Shown in pieces: positions 1 through 12,641 of a DNA stretch of 64,000 nt; the stretch's first letter is position 1, and the number at the start of each line of letters is the position of its first letter. The stretch is from Glycera tridactyla (taxonomy: Eukaryota), in the NCBI GenBank assembly GCA_965644265.1, contig OZ286462.1, forward strand, positions 23,436,001 through 23,500,000, given 5' to 3'. The notes under the pieces are model-generated. The model saw nothing but the letters and a program-made list of their open reading frames with translations, did no database searches and was not told where the DNA came from. Both the position numbers and the translations under genes were made by a program.

Positions 1-1685
1 GTGTCTTTGGTAGATTTCGGAACTCGAACTGTATACCTCACCCTTGTTTTGAATATGTGATATTTGTGAATTTATATAGTTCTTCAAAGATTACCTAAAG
101 GGCAATGATAGTCAAGACATTCTTATCGAACCATTCTTATGAATCTATGGTGACTTGATTAATACACATGGAAAACATGAAGGTGATTACATAGGATCAA
201 CACTCGATTTGAGAGTTTGGTCATGATACATTATGGGGTCAAGCACATTTTGAAAAACCGATCGAAGCTCACAGTTGACTCAATGCTCTCTGAACATTTG
301 GGTTAGTGAAGTAAGCAAGGATGATTTCTGCTTTGAACAGACAAAGTTATATATGATGCGAAAAAGATATTCCGCTAAAATGATAACTTTCATAAAGCAA
401 AATTGATGTGCATGTATATGATATATTTGGATGGCACTGTACGTCTTTGTCATCTTATCTAGAAAGAGATATACTGCTCCAGTGGGTAGGTGTTATTCAC
501 TGTAAGCATAGTGAATATTGAACACTGGCATTTCATGCGGCTGTGTGATCAGGGCTTATTTATAAGGTGTGTGTTACTCATCTCAATAATTTCACCAATT
601 CAATATTGCCTAGTCGAATATCATATTATATGGAGTGGCAGATTCATACATCTGAATGAGTGATTCTTTCTTGTTGGATTGGTTCTCTGAACTGCTTTGA
701 GTATTTTCATCCTGTTTACTTCTGATTGATATGACACGTATTCAACCTTATTTGTTCGAGTGCCTTATTTTCTTAATGATCGTAACTAGCTACTACCAAA
801 CTTTGTATGCACCCATTTAGACCCATTGCTTGATTATGTCTCATAGGAATGGATGTAATGTCTCTTTAATCCTGTATATTACTATGGTAACAAATCAAAT
901 TCGGCATTTCATCAAGTAATTAGATATCTAAAGACTGTGTGTCTTACCCTGAACGTCACTTGCTGACATTCACTGCTTATTCCTGTGAAATTATCTCCTT
1001 TTTTATTCACATATACTATGCTAGGTATGTGTACATATGTTCGATTAATCTATTTTGAACATTACCAATATGCATTTTCCATCATGACCCGACTTGAGAA
1101 TTCTTGGAGAAAATTTGTAAAACACAGTGTGCCAGAATATCAATTGACTGATTTATTGATTGATTGACTGTTCAGACTGATTGGATATATATCAGCCAAA
1201 TATGCCGCACCTTAGGCATCAGTAAATTTCGTGTATTTTCGCATTCTGTGAGGCAACCAATCAGAGACGTCTAGAATTGTACCACCCATGCCTGTTGCAC
1301 GGGAGTCGTTTGATACTTCCCATATCATGTTCTAGCAAAACAAACCACAAATCATTTCACTCATTGCATGGGCATATCAATATAGCTCAGGTGGGGCTGA
1401 TGAAATGATAAATGAATATGCAAACTGTTCCCGAATTTGATTCCATGTTTTACGCAATGTTCACTGCATAATGCATGGCTGTTGCTTAACAAGCCAGCAA
1501 ACAAAATCAACAAGTGTGCAAGTTATATAACAAGTGTGCAAGTTATATTAGCGATCTGGAAAAGAACTTGAAAACAAATTTATCACCCACTCTGGGGCAT
1601 TTCACTAGCTCATTCATTCCCTCAATGCCCGCCTCGTTCAAATACTCACCATATCTAACTATCTGTCTATCCGTTTCTCCCTTTT

Positions 1686-1915
1686 TCTTCTTCTTCTTCT
1701 TCTTCTTCTTCTTCTTCTTCTTCTTTTTCTTCTTCTTCTTTTTCTTCTTCTTCTTCTTCTTCTTCTCCTCCTCCTGCTTCCCCTCATACTTCCCGTCCTG
1801 CTCTTCATCCTCCTCGTCAATTCATATCAGTCAGCCAGCCAGTCAGCCAGTGAGTCTGTCAGACAGTCAGTCAGTCAATCAGTCAGTCGATCAATCAATC
1901 AATCAATCAATCAAT
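1686..1915. repeat. (CTT)n followed by (CAGY)n/(CAAT)n microsatellites
   Basis: Direct reading. Confidence 0.95.
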
Positions 1916-1989
1916 CCGATCATTCTTGTATTCTCCGTGAAGTAATGAAAAGATACACTTCTCAATTCTGATTCTAATTAAACAGAATA

Positions 1990-4030
1990 TATCTTTAGGT
2001 GTACCAAGATTCTCCTGTCTTTGGGTCTTTCCCATCTGTGGTGTGGACTCGGTTGGCTGTGTGGGGATGGTGCATGTGGGCAAAATGCCATACTGTCCTT
2101 CTGTAGGATGGAATGGCCTCTTGCTGACATGCGTGGAGGCCAAACAAAATTCAATATAAATTCTTGAATTTCAGGTTTTCAGAGAACATCAAGAATGTGG
2201 ACTTCAATTCATTAACTGGATCCAGTCCCACCATTTTATCTTCCATCTGGAAGCCAGAGGGAGGAGGCGTCTTGAATGATCTCAATCATGACCAGCTCAC
2301 GGACGTCTCAATATAGCCCTCATATTTTTCACCAGACGTGAACTAACCTCTCTATTCTGGAATGTAGGATCAGACATGAGTTCATGTGACATATGTCCAG
2401 AAATCAAGCAATCATGTATGTCACATGAAAGTATAGTATCAGGCAGCAGATAATTATTGGCATGAATTTTCATGATTTTGAATTCAGACATTGATTGAAT
2501 TTGATCTTCGATATAAATATATTTTAACTCTATCAAGAATGATGTAGTTCAATGCTAGTCACTATGTTGAGTTTGCAGGTATTGGTTGCCACGAGGAGGG
2601 ACGTTTCCGCAAGGAGAACAAATATCTCACAACTGGTATAATCATGATAATTAATGCCATTGATGATCTGCTGCCTGATGCTATGTTTTCATGTGACATA
2701 TGTCCATAAATCAAGCCAACATTGCAGCCTCATCACGTACATTTCAAGATGGTTGATTGATTAACGTGTCGCGATACTCAAATACGAATGATTTATATTG
2801 ATTTGATGTTCAGCCATTGATTGAGTGTGATCTTCGATATAAATATTCTTCAACTCTACCCAGAATTATGTAGTTCATTTCTAGTCACTATGTTGAGTTT
2901 GCAGTTATTGATTGCCATTAGAAACTAAATAGAGAGCACAGATAATCATTGAGCACACTCGTTAGTTTCGATGGTAACTATCAAAGACGAGTGGTCAGAA
3001 CATGACAATTAACGGATTGTTGACCAGAGATGGTCCAGCAAAATAAGTAGTTCTTAAAATCGCCACCAGATGCTGAGAACAAAAGATCACATGACAAGAG
3101 CTGCCATCGAAATTATCGGTCCGTTGAGCAAGTGGAACACCGTCACAGTTGGATGAATCTTTATATGAACATGTTTGAATATCGTGTTGAAAACATATCT
3201 TCCAGCTTCTTATGGAAGCAATTTTATATTACCTACATATCAGCAGTCACTCTTCAAGAACTTGTGAGCAGCACCAAGCAGGTTTCTCGACACTTAGTTG
3301 CACAATCGAATCAAATTGGGGCATATATTCATTCCCATGTCTTCAGCAAATATCTCCACTCTTGGACACAGCAAGATATTGATTCTTCCAAAAGAATAGG
3401 CGAAATGGAAATCACATTGCCCATGATCCAGTTAGATTAGATATTTTACTAGACTAGCCCTCTCGCAGACCAAATCTGATTTCAGGGAAATACCAAGACA
3501 GCTTCGCGTCATTAAGAATTCGTCGTACGCTCTTGGTATCCTCCTTTTATACCCCAGCATGGTCGCTCCCGGAGGGCATCATGAGGGCATTTCACAATTA
3601 CTATCCAGTGTGGGTCCCTTCCAAGACAATCGGGGACCACCATGTCCCCCTAGATATCAACAAGTGGGGCGCATTTCGTCTTATCAAGTGGACTCATTAT
3701 GGGGCCCCTTTTCTCAACTTTGAGTAAATCAATTTTCGAAATTCTGGATGCAGCCTTGGGTCAGATAAATCTGAAGTCGTGTCCGAGTTAATATCACAAA
3801 AATGTTGTGTTACGAAGTTGAAGACACGCTAATCAGACGGTTGGAACAGTGTCCAATATGTCTAGTTAAGTCACACGTGACAGAGGAGAGGATAATAAAC
3901 CCAATGAACCTAATCAAACATCCATCGGTTATTCCACGTGGACACCACCTGAGCTATATCGAGACACACATTGCATTGGGTGTGGATGGGATCATTCGAA
4001 ACTTTTCCTGGGTCCCAAATAGGGAATGTT
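1990..4030 (+). pseudogene. Probable degenerate LRR/TIR (Toll-like receptor-type) pseudogene
   Basis: Frameshifted plus-strand fragments resemble LRRs: NDLNHDQLTDV, LIECDLRYKYSSTLPRIM*F, LSLQLLIAIRN*IES, SNFI...LFKNL*...FLDT*LHNRI, HLVAQSNQI...VFSK. These are followed by TIR-like YV*LSHT and GHHLSYIETHIALGVDGIIRN. Internal ~310 nt duplication. Many stops; assignment by eye only. Confidence 0.42.
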
Positions 4031-4261
4031 GAAAATTGGATTGATTGGTTGGTTGGTTGGTTGGTTCTGGTTTAATGTCACGTCAGCGGCATATGTGCTA
4101 TATTGTGACGTACATACAATGGGTATAGATGGGATCTTCAAGTAATTCCTCCTGGAATGTATCAAAATATGAGATTCCTACACTCATGGTGCCATTTCTG
4201 GTATGAGGAGTGTTGAATATGGAATTGATTAGGTTAGGTTTGATTGCTTGCTTGCTTGCTC

Positions 4262-4292
<31 letters not shown>

Positions 4293-4484
4293 CCCTTCCT
4301 TCCTTCATTCATTCTACATAATACATCCTCCGCCAAAAGCCTAGTAGAATGAATCAGTTACTCTTATATCGTCGGAATCATGTGGGAAAAGAGGGGTTAG
4401 AGAGGGGATTACGTGAATCAGTGAAGCATGGGAGCTGGATTGGAGAGTAGCGATGGTGTTGCTCAAACTTTTTCCAAGTACACA

Positions 4485-4521
4485 GAGACAAGCTTGCATG
4501 TACATGTCAGTCAGTCAGTCT

Positions 4522-4582
<61 letters not shown>

Positions 4583-4611
4583 TGCAGAGACATGCTTCCA
4601 TGTACATGTCA

Positions 4612-4672
<61 letters not shown>

Positions 4673-4713
4673 TGCAGAGACATGCTTCCATGTACATGCC
4701 AGTCAGTCAGTCT

Positions 4714-4757
<44 letters not shown>

Positions 4758-4774
4758 GTGCGTGCAGAGACATG
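4485..4774. repeat. Compound satellite: (TG)n tracts alternating with a GTGCAGAGACATGCTTCCATGTACATG spacer
   Basis: Three units visible, running into the gap. Confidence 0.95.
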
Positions 4775-4913
4775 NNNNNNNNNNNNNNNNNNNNNNNNNN
4801 NNNNNNNNNNNNNNNNNNNNNNNNNNNNNNNNNNNNNNNNNNNNNNNNNNNNNNNNNNNNNNNNNNNNNNNNNNNNNNNNNNNNNNNNNNNNNNNNNNNN
4901 NNNNNNNNNNNNN
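4775..4913. other. Assembly gap (139 N)
   Basis: Run of N after a (TG)n compound array. Confidence 1.
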
Positions 4914-4998
4914 TTTGACCATCAGGGATTTTCAATGGAACGGGTACAGATCAACATGGCGCAGTGGATTGTCTGTTTCGTTAGCAACGCCGGTAACG

Positions 4999-5014
4999 CC
5001 ACCAGAGGGCGCCA
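4999..5014 (+). promoter_or_regulatory. CTCF-like core motif CCACCAGAGGGCGCCA
   Basis: Near-perfect match to the CCACCAGGGGGCGC consensus, within a small CpG-rich patch. Confidence 0.45.
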
Positions 5015-5549
5015 AGCACTACTCTCGAGTCACCTATTGAATGGCCCTCACAGGAAGTGACCAAGCATAACACAGAACATTCCCTACAACTTGGCCTTCC
5101 ACAGACAGCACACTCATGATTTAGTTGCTGACTGGAACTCACAATTTGCATGGTGTGGAATATGAGTCAGGTAATTTTTGGAGGGGCTTTGAGTTTGAGA
5201 AATTCAGGCATCCTTACTCTTTCATAAGCTCGGGACTAGTGTGTTGCTTCTTGTGTGTTGCACAAAAATATCCTGCTTCAGACTGTTTCCTTGTCACAAG
5301 GGAGAAATAAAGTTGGTGGAATTTTTCAGGATTTGATTATTAATGTTGATAAACATATAAACTGAATACTAGATCATACAATCTGAAAAAAAGTGGCTGA
5401 CAAACCTGAGGATTGCTAGTCACTGTTTTCTATACTATAGGTGAACAAAAGACCAAGATGAAAAAGAGACAGAGACTGAGACCGACAGACAGACAGACAG
5501 ACAGACAGACAGGGTGAGAAAAACAGAAAACTAAAACACCATATTTCAT

Positions 5550-8500
5550 ATTTGACATGGGTTGTAAATGTTACTTTATTTTTAATAATATTATCATAAC
5601 TTATATGTACACCAAGATATGGATGCCATATACACATGTATGCCCTATAAACAGGTAGTCTGCAGAGTGGAGAATGTACATTTGTAGCCAACTCTCTGCA
5701 AATAGGAGTAGCTCAGGGTGGTGGCAGTCCAGAGTGACTCCCGCCCAACTGAAAACACAGCAGAACCATGCCATCAGACACATACACACAACATTCACAG
5801 TCACTGAGTGGAGATTGTACAGGTGTCAGAAAGAAAGGGCAAAATACACTAAAACGCCACCTACTGGATCCAACAGATGGCCATCTTACAAGTGCCCACT
5901 AGATGGCACATATCCATATACACAGACAGGCACATTTGAGACAAACTAGGAATGATGGAAACTCATCACAAATCCAATTAATCGATCATATATATGCAGA
6001 GAATGATTTGATTCGTGCACATCCAGTCAAATCACTCTCGAGTCAAAGAGACTGGCAGGTGTGCAGACCATAACAGGTCATTTCAGAGACAGTAGTATCC
6101 ATGAGACACAAAGGAGGGATTCTGTTTTATTTGAGACTATCTCTCATACATCTGAGCAATGGTGTGCTGGGATCTTCAGAAATGTAGATGCATGCAGTAT
6201 TAGGAAAGGTCATATTGAGAACTTTTAAAGAAAAAAAAGGTTAAATCTTGCAATATTGAGCATATAGGCAAGATGTTCACACCACAAACTAAAACTTAGC
6301 CAATTCCATTTAGGCATTGATTTGTCCAAATGATTCCATTCAGGATTTTTGTTGGATAACAAACTTCATGATGGCCTACTTATCCAACAGAATACAAAAA
6401 TGTTTGTCTCAAATATATGCAATCACGAAATATACATGTAACATGAATTTGAAAAGTTACAAAGGCCTATTCGACCCCTCTAACCGATTCATAATGTTGA
6501 GTGACACTCATCTTGCAAGTGCATCTACCTTTTCGAGGAATGTCTGAATGATATCCACCAATGACCTTTCTCAAACCGGGTCATGTTGCCCCCGCTACTG
6601 TCCGTCAATCTCTAATGGACCATGGTTTCAAATGATGAAAATATATTTCCTACCATCGTCATGGACAATTCATATCACACCACATCCCAGGTATACCTTG
6701 AGTAACCTTCATGATAAAAACAATGCTCGTATTTGTAAACAGAACTGGGAAGTGCCAATTACTTCTAAAAAGAAATTAAATTCAGCTGCATATAAAATGC
6801 AAGCATATTCTGCTTGACCATCACAAATTATATGAATATAAATGATTCCCATCAAACAAAACACTTGGAATTGCTGCATAATTTAGGGAATAGTCCCTGG
6901 AATGTCCAGGATAACTTGTCCAGCATATATGATAGTTTATTGGAATGTTGGAGATAGCATATATCATACTGATGTTGCCATTCTGAGCAGAAATCCTGGG
7001 AAACAGGAAAGAGTTCTGCTAGAAACAGTACTCTGAATGAAAGCGGTTTGGTGTACTGACAAAGTAAAGTCATAAAACAAGAAATTCTGCTCATAGAAAA
7101 GCAGTAATCATGAGCAGTGGTTCCATCAGACAGGTGACTGCTTAGTATAGATGGTCTCAACTCATTGAAAGTGGTATATGTTTGCCTGAGACAGTGGTTT
7201 GTCTGATACTTAACATATATCAAAACATGTCATCATCCTCAATAAACAAAAGAATAGTCATAAGATAGGACATGTCAGGTGAATTTCAGAATATATTTTG
7301 AGAAACATCCTAATAGAAGAATTCTAGTGGAGAATTGATTGATGAAGTCACATGCGATTATAATTCTCAGCTGCTTTCGAAATATCCTCGAATATCAACC
7401 AATGAGCAAACAGTGATGGTGAACATGCAATTCATGCAGTTCTGAAAATTCTGGACCTTGCTGTTCAAAATACATTTTGATATGAGACAAATCACCCTTT
7501 ACACTTGTCATGACCTCCAATTCATATTCTTGAATGTAAAACAGTTGTGGTCATGTTGAATTTTCAATTGAGATATAATATCCCATTAAGACATATTGAT
7601 CCCTATGCACATGAGCAGCGTGCAAACAAGTTGAGCATCCAAACTCATCACATCAGAGAACCATCATTCAGAATTAAAATTGACATATTGACATATTGTC
7701 CTATGGACACAATGAAACTCTTGATCTTATTGCACCATATCCACTGGCCATATCGTGAAAGAATGCTTCAAATACCTTGTAAATAGTAAGCTTTCCAAAT
7801 CTGGCAGTCATTATTCTGAGGTCCATTCACATACATGTTACAGATGTCATCAATCAGGGTTTCGAAACGAGAATTCCTCCTCTACGAAAGCTAACTACAC
7901 AAATGGCTTGAACACAGGTATGACAGGATGGTCAAAGGGTGTGTTGGTATCCATGTGGGGAGTGGAGTATGCTCCTGTTGGCATTATTTCTAGAGGAAGT
8001 CCGCATAGCTCAGCACATAAGACAGCTTGCTCCTTCACAGGCTACGAGATTGGTGCCATGCTGGAGATCCAGGTCCAAATCCACAAGAAATCGGATAATT
8101 TCTGAGAATGTAATTTGTACATTTCAGTGGCATATCATGAAACAATTTCATTCTAACCAAGTCCCATTGTGTGAAAATCGCACAAACAGAATATCTTGCC
8201 TGTGATAGTTTGTCAATCCGGTCAGCAGCATCTTGATCTGACTCTTTGAAATATACTGATCACAATTGCTCCACAGAATATGATGAGAAAATCATGATCA
8301 CAAGAGAATGGAATGAATAGTGGAACAACTGCCATCCGGGCAGAAATGCCATATAGTTGGAAATGCATCCCTTACGTCCAAAACATAGAATCTGCAATAG
8401 TTTGATACCTGACCTTGCAAGTAATAGCATTCCACAAAAGTGACTACTGAGTTGGTTATATCTCTCTATATCACAATGTTTGTTACGAGTTATCATGCAT

Positions 8501-9885
8501 GCACAATCTCAAGATTTCCACTACTACTGGTCAAAGTACAGTCATTCTTCTCCCCTTGTTATGATGATGAAGAGACTAGTGGATTTTCCATGGACACCAA
8601 ATGATTTAGTCTCAAAATCAAATTTGATAACCTTGATCAAACTTAACCTTGTCCAAAGCAAAATTAATGAGCTGATTTCAGACTACACCGTAAGTTAAAT
8701 TTGGAATCTGAAACATTAATAGATTCAAAGGTACTGTATTATTTGGTGAAATATTGGAGCACGTCATTTCCGATTCACTTTTATCAGCTTCCCGAATGAG
8801 GCGTGTTTTAGTTGAGTATTATGCTGAGCATATAGCAGTCAGTCTATGGTCTATCAAACCACAGGATTGCCAGCTCAAATTCAAAGTATAAAAGAGATAT
8901 GCCATAATTTTCTCAATTGTTTGATCCATATCAGCATATAAAAGCAATTACTGATAATGAACACTCTTTCACTATCTCAACTTTTGAACATTCCACTGAA
9001 TCAAGAAAAGGCAGAAAAGTCGGGGATAAAATTGCACTATAGTGGGATAACATAGGCCTTTATTGTCTAGCAAACTGGTTGGGGCTAAAATTAAAGTGGG
9101 CAAATCTGTACTGGCATCACATATGATCATAGATATTGCACATTTTGTTCCAACATTGTCACGATGGCTTCCACCATGGCCAAGGAACCAAGCATTTGTA
9201 CATACACTCATACCACCTACATACAGTCTACTCAACTCTATCTGTAGCACATGCTTTTGTGATTACTCCATGGTAATTCATGGAGAACTTCTACTCCCAA
9301 TTTGCTGGTAACTTTTGTATTTTGGAATAATTCATCCATAAAACAATACAGATGCTACTGGGACATCACAATGCTTCGATCAGAAGCATTGTCGAAATGA
9401 ATAACCACAACTTTCCTTAAGTAAAGTGGTTACCATATGTCAACAAAAAAGTGAATGACTACTTTTGAATAGTAAATACCCAAAATGTCATCCACATCTG
9501 ATTTTTCTTGGTAACATCGAAGATGAAATAACTTTTATAATCATGCACATCTCAATATTTCACGAGAATGCTGGATGATGTTTATCGTAATTTGTATGCA
9601 GGTCAAATTGTTACATGTATAGCAGATACTTGATACATCAATTGATGCATTCAATTTGAAAATTCAAGAGTCAGCTATTGAAATAAACATGCCATTCAGT
9701 CATTGTAATTACAAAAACAAATGCTACAAAGTACAACAGTAATCTACCTTCCAGAAGGCAGATTTGGCAGCCAAAAGCTGGTTGAGATTTTACAAAACAG
9801 GTCGCGCATGGAAATATAATACAATTGATGAGTTAGTGACTGGGGGGTCAGGGAGAGGGGGGAAGGGGCTATATCACACCTATGA
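5550..9885 (-). other. Probable long 3' UTR of the FRMPD4-like gene, AATAAA at 5580-5575
   Basis: About 4.3 kb of AT-rich sequence after the stop, lacking the MITEs that fill the introns. Minus-strand AATAAA is followed by U/GU-rich sequence. Earlier poly(A) sites are not excluded. Confidence 0.45.
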
Positions 9886-10869
9886 TCAGCTGTTATCCAA
9901 GATTTTCAGGGTTTTCATCAGTTCACTAAGAATAGCAGCCAATGTGGTGGCTTGTCTCATAAGAGTCTTCATGTAGGGGTCACTCAGAGGTCGGCCAGCT
10001 GCAACATACGCGGCATTAACTGTCATCTTGTAAGCAGCAGCCACCTCTTTGACCTTATTACCCAGATTATGAGCTTGCGGTACCATCGCCATTGTCAGCA
10101 TGGTGTATTGTGAGGCGTGGGTGATTTTGGCGAGTGTATGAATACTAGTGTTGACATTCTCGACAAGACGCTCCGACGACTGAGTGGCACTACTCACAAG
10201 AAGTTTCGAATCGGTGACAAACTGTCGCGCTTCGCTCACTAAATCATCTTTATGTGATTGAAATTCTTCAGTTGGTAACCTACAGCTCGGTAGATTAACA
10301 TCGTTCATTGTCGAATCGAGCGATTTGATAAGTTCATCTACATCTTCATTGGCCTGAGTGAATGCTGTTGGTCCCGCGTACTTGCGATCAGTGATGATAT
10401 CGGCGATGCTTCCTGATCTCTCCTCACTGCTCTTCTCTTTCCCTATCACAGGATGTTGTTTTGATGATCCACCACCAGGTGGCGGGGACAACGGTGGAGA
10501 GATATCGGAATAATCTGTGGATTTCTGTCCAGATTTTGAGGATTTCTGAGAAGAGATCGCTCTCGAGGGGCTACTCCCATTGGAATTGTTCGTATTTATA
10601 TAAGATTTGCTTGCATCTTTCCAGCTTGGATCTCTGGTTTTCTTCGGGCTGGCCCGGAATGTACTGAAAGTCCGATTACTGGCACGACTGTCTTCATCGA
10701 TTGGTGCCGCCCACTCACGGTGGATGGGCGACGGGCTGCAACTGCGGTCACGTGGTGGTTCCCAGTTTGCTGGCAGTGTGGCGGTTGTGCTGTCGGGGTC
10801 GGGGTTTGAGGTAGACATCAGTGGATGCACAATTCTCAGTGGGATGCCTCGTTTGCTTGTATCTTTGCT
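9886..10869 (-). CDS. FRMPD4: FRMPD4/Preso-like gene, terminal coding exon (Ser/Pro-rich linker plus C-terminal FAT/talin-like helical bundle)
   Basis: Acceptor tttctgttacag|AGC at 10869 (phase 0) matches the phase-0 donor at 12642. 328 codons to TGA. Ends in an amphipathic helical domain (DDLVSEARQFVTDSKLLVSSAT...MRQATTLAAILSELMKTLKILDNS) resembling, from memory, the C-terminus of invertebrate FRMPD4-like proteins. Confidence 0.85.
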   Translation of the reverse strand, partial: SKDTSKRGIPLRIVHPLMSTSNPDPDSTTATLPANWEPPRDRSCSPSPIHREWAAPIDEDSRASNRTFSTFRASPKKTRDPSWKDASKSYINTNNSNGSSPSRAISSQKSSKSGQKSTDYSDISPPLSPPPGGGSSKQHPVIGKEKSSEERSGSIADIITDRKYAGPTAFTQANEDVDELIKSLDSTMNDVNLPSCRLPTEEFQSHKDDLVSEARQFVTDSKLLVSSATQSSERLVENVNTSIHTLAKITHASQYTMLTMAMVPQAHNLGNKVKEVAAAYKMTVNAAYVAAGRPLSDPYMKTLMRQATTLAAILSELMKTLKILDNS

Positions 10870-11373
10870 CTGTAACAGAAACACAAAGGTTTGGTTAACT
10901 TTGGTCCTCATTGATTCATCGATATCTCCTCAATCTTTTCTTCACGAAGTCATTTATGACAGAGGATTACCCCAAGCAAGCATTCAAATAGGGAAGACGA
11001 CTCTGGGAAGAAACCCTCAGAAATGAACATGAAGTATGAATATCTGATTCCCCACTTTGAATATTTTGAGTTGAGTGCCGATTTGATGGAACTAAAGAGG
11101 GTACAGCCACTTGAAACCACCCACATCAATCTTCTATTTCATGCTATCAGTGATGTATCTAATATTTTAAGGAAAAAAACTCAAGGAGTACCTCACAAAA
11201 TATGAATTACCAAATGATGACAGAGAGGGGGGGGGGGGGGGGGGTTGGAAGGATTCTAAAATCAGGCCCTGAGTTTAAAAAACACATGACACTGAAAATA
11301 CTGTACAATGAAACATGTATACAGAAATCACCCATGAGAATGTGAGAAAGTGACGGAGAGGTGATTAATAGTA

Positions 11374-11549
11374 CAGTGAAACCTGCAAAGAAAGACCGTG
11401 CCAAATGTCACCAAAATGCAGTCTCCCAAGAGAGGTTATCTCTTATTAGAGGTATATTTGACTATGTCAAATAGAACTGCTATCCTGGAAAAGTGGTCTC
11501 CCATCAGAGGTGGTCTTTCATTGGGGGTCTCTCATCACAGGCTTCACCA
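11374..11549. mobile_element. TA-flanked MITE, family A (Tc1/mariner-pogo type ends)
   Basis: CAGTGAAACCTG...CAGGCTTCAC ends; internal GGTCTC/GAGGTATATTTGACTATGTCAAATAG core shared with other copies. Confidence 0.7.
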
Positions 11550-12139
11550 TATATAATACTACAGCAGCGATAAATCGCTGGGTATCAGATTATCAAGAAT
11601 AACTAGAGATTATAGTTGTTTGTTTATGGTCAGCTGAGAAGCATCCTGGCTGTTCATTGCTCTCACCTTCCTACTAGGAAAGTGGCGCCATCATCAACTT
11701 GTGGCAGAACTAGTCAACACATTCCAGCCACCCAGCATAATGCACTCATACACTATTTCTGGATTAGAGTTTCAAAATAGATCCCAAAGTCAGAGCAAAG
11801 GCCACAAGTTTGCTATAGTAATTTCATGTGTAAAAACACTATAGCAAAAAGTAACTGGTCCTTTAAGAGCAGGTTCAATAACGCACTCATGATCTTTCAT
11901 AAAGCCTAGATTTTAGGATCTTCCTGAATGCATTAGGATACATGTACTTCCTAAAGTAACTTATGATCAATGTGGCTTACCATGATAAGCACATCATAGC
12001 TTTTGCTATTTTGATGAACTAATTTTTCAACAGCTTCTCAAAGTTATACTTGAAATCAGGAACTTATGACAGACTTCAGACAGTGAACCACACCTCAGAT
12101 CAAGTTGTTCACTAAGATATAAATGAGTTTCATTGAAAA

Positions 12140-12350
12140 TATTGCAATTCCTACAAAGGTTGCCAACCTAACTTTTGTTATGAATGACAACTTTCGTGGA
12201 GCCACTTAATTCAACGCATTCAGAGATACCTCTATTGAGAGACTAATTGCAATTCCTACAAATGTTGCCAGCCTAACTTTTATTATGAATGACAGCATTC
12301 ATGGAGCTACTTTATTCAATACAGTCAGATATACCTCTGTTGAGAGACCA
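12140..12350. repeat. Two-copy diverged tandem duplication (~105 bp)
   Basis: ATTGCAATTCCTACAAA...TTGAGAGAC occurs twice in tandem. Confidence 0.85.
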
Positions 12351-12641
12351 TGTATTGTTCCTATCCTTGTTGATTTCTCATCAAAGCTCTTGCTGTACAG
12401 ATGAGATGAATGCCAATGGGTCTCTTCTATTTTCTAATTCTTCAAAGAGTACAGATGTATTTGAAAACCATCATGATCCAGTCTTAATTGCTTGTTCCTT
12501 CAATTCAAGGTCACTTCCAGTATGATGCCTAACCCTAGATGCCATGGTATCTTCAGAAAACCATAGCAACTGGGCAACCTTTCACAATCGGAGACATTGA
12601 ATCTCAGTCAATTCTATGGAACATAAGAGCTGAGTACTTAC

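Noticed and set aside
1514-1945. 143-aa ORF with poly-Phe
   Set aside because: (CTT)n microsatellite read-through.
4428-5060. Poly-CV/HT ORFs spanning Ns
   Set aside because: (TG)n array and assembly gap.
6300-9310. Short ORFs with faint RT-like words (e.g. AEYACILY)
   Set aside because: No collinear RT motifs could be assembled; a 3' UTR is the simpler explanation.
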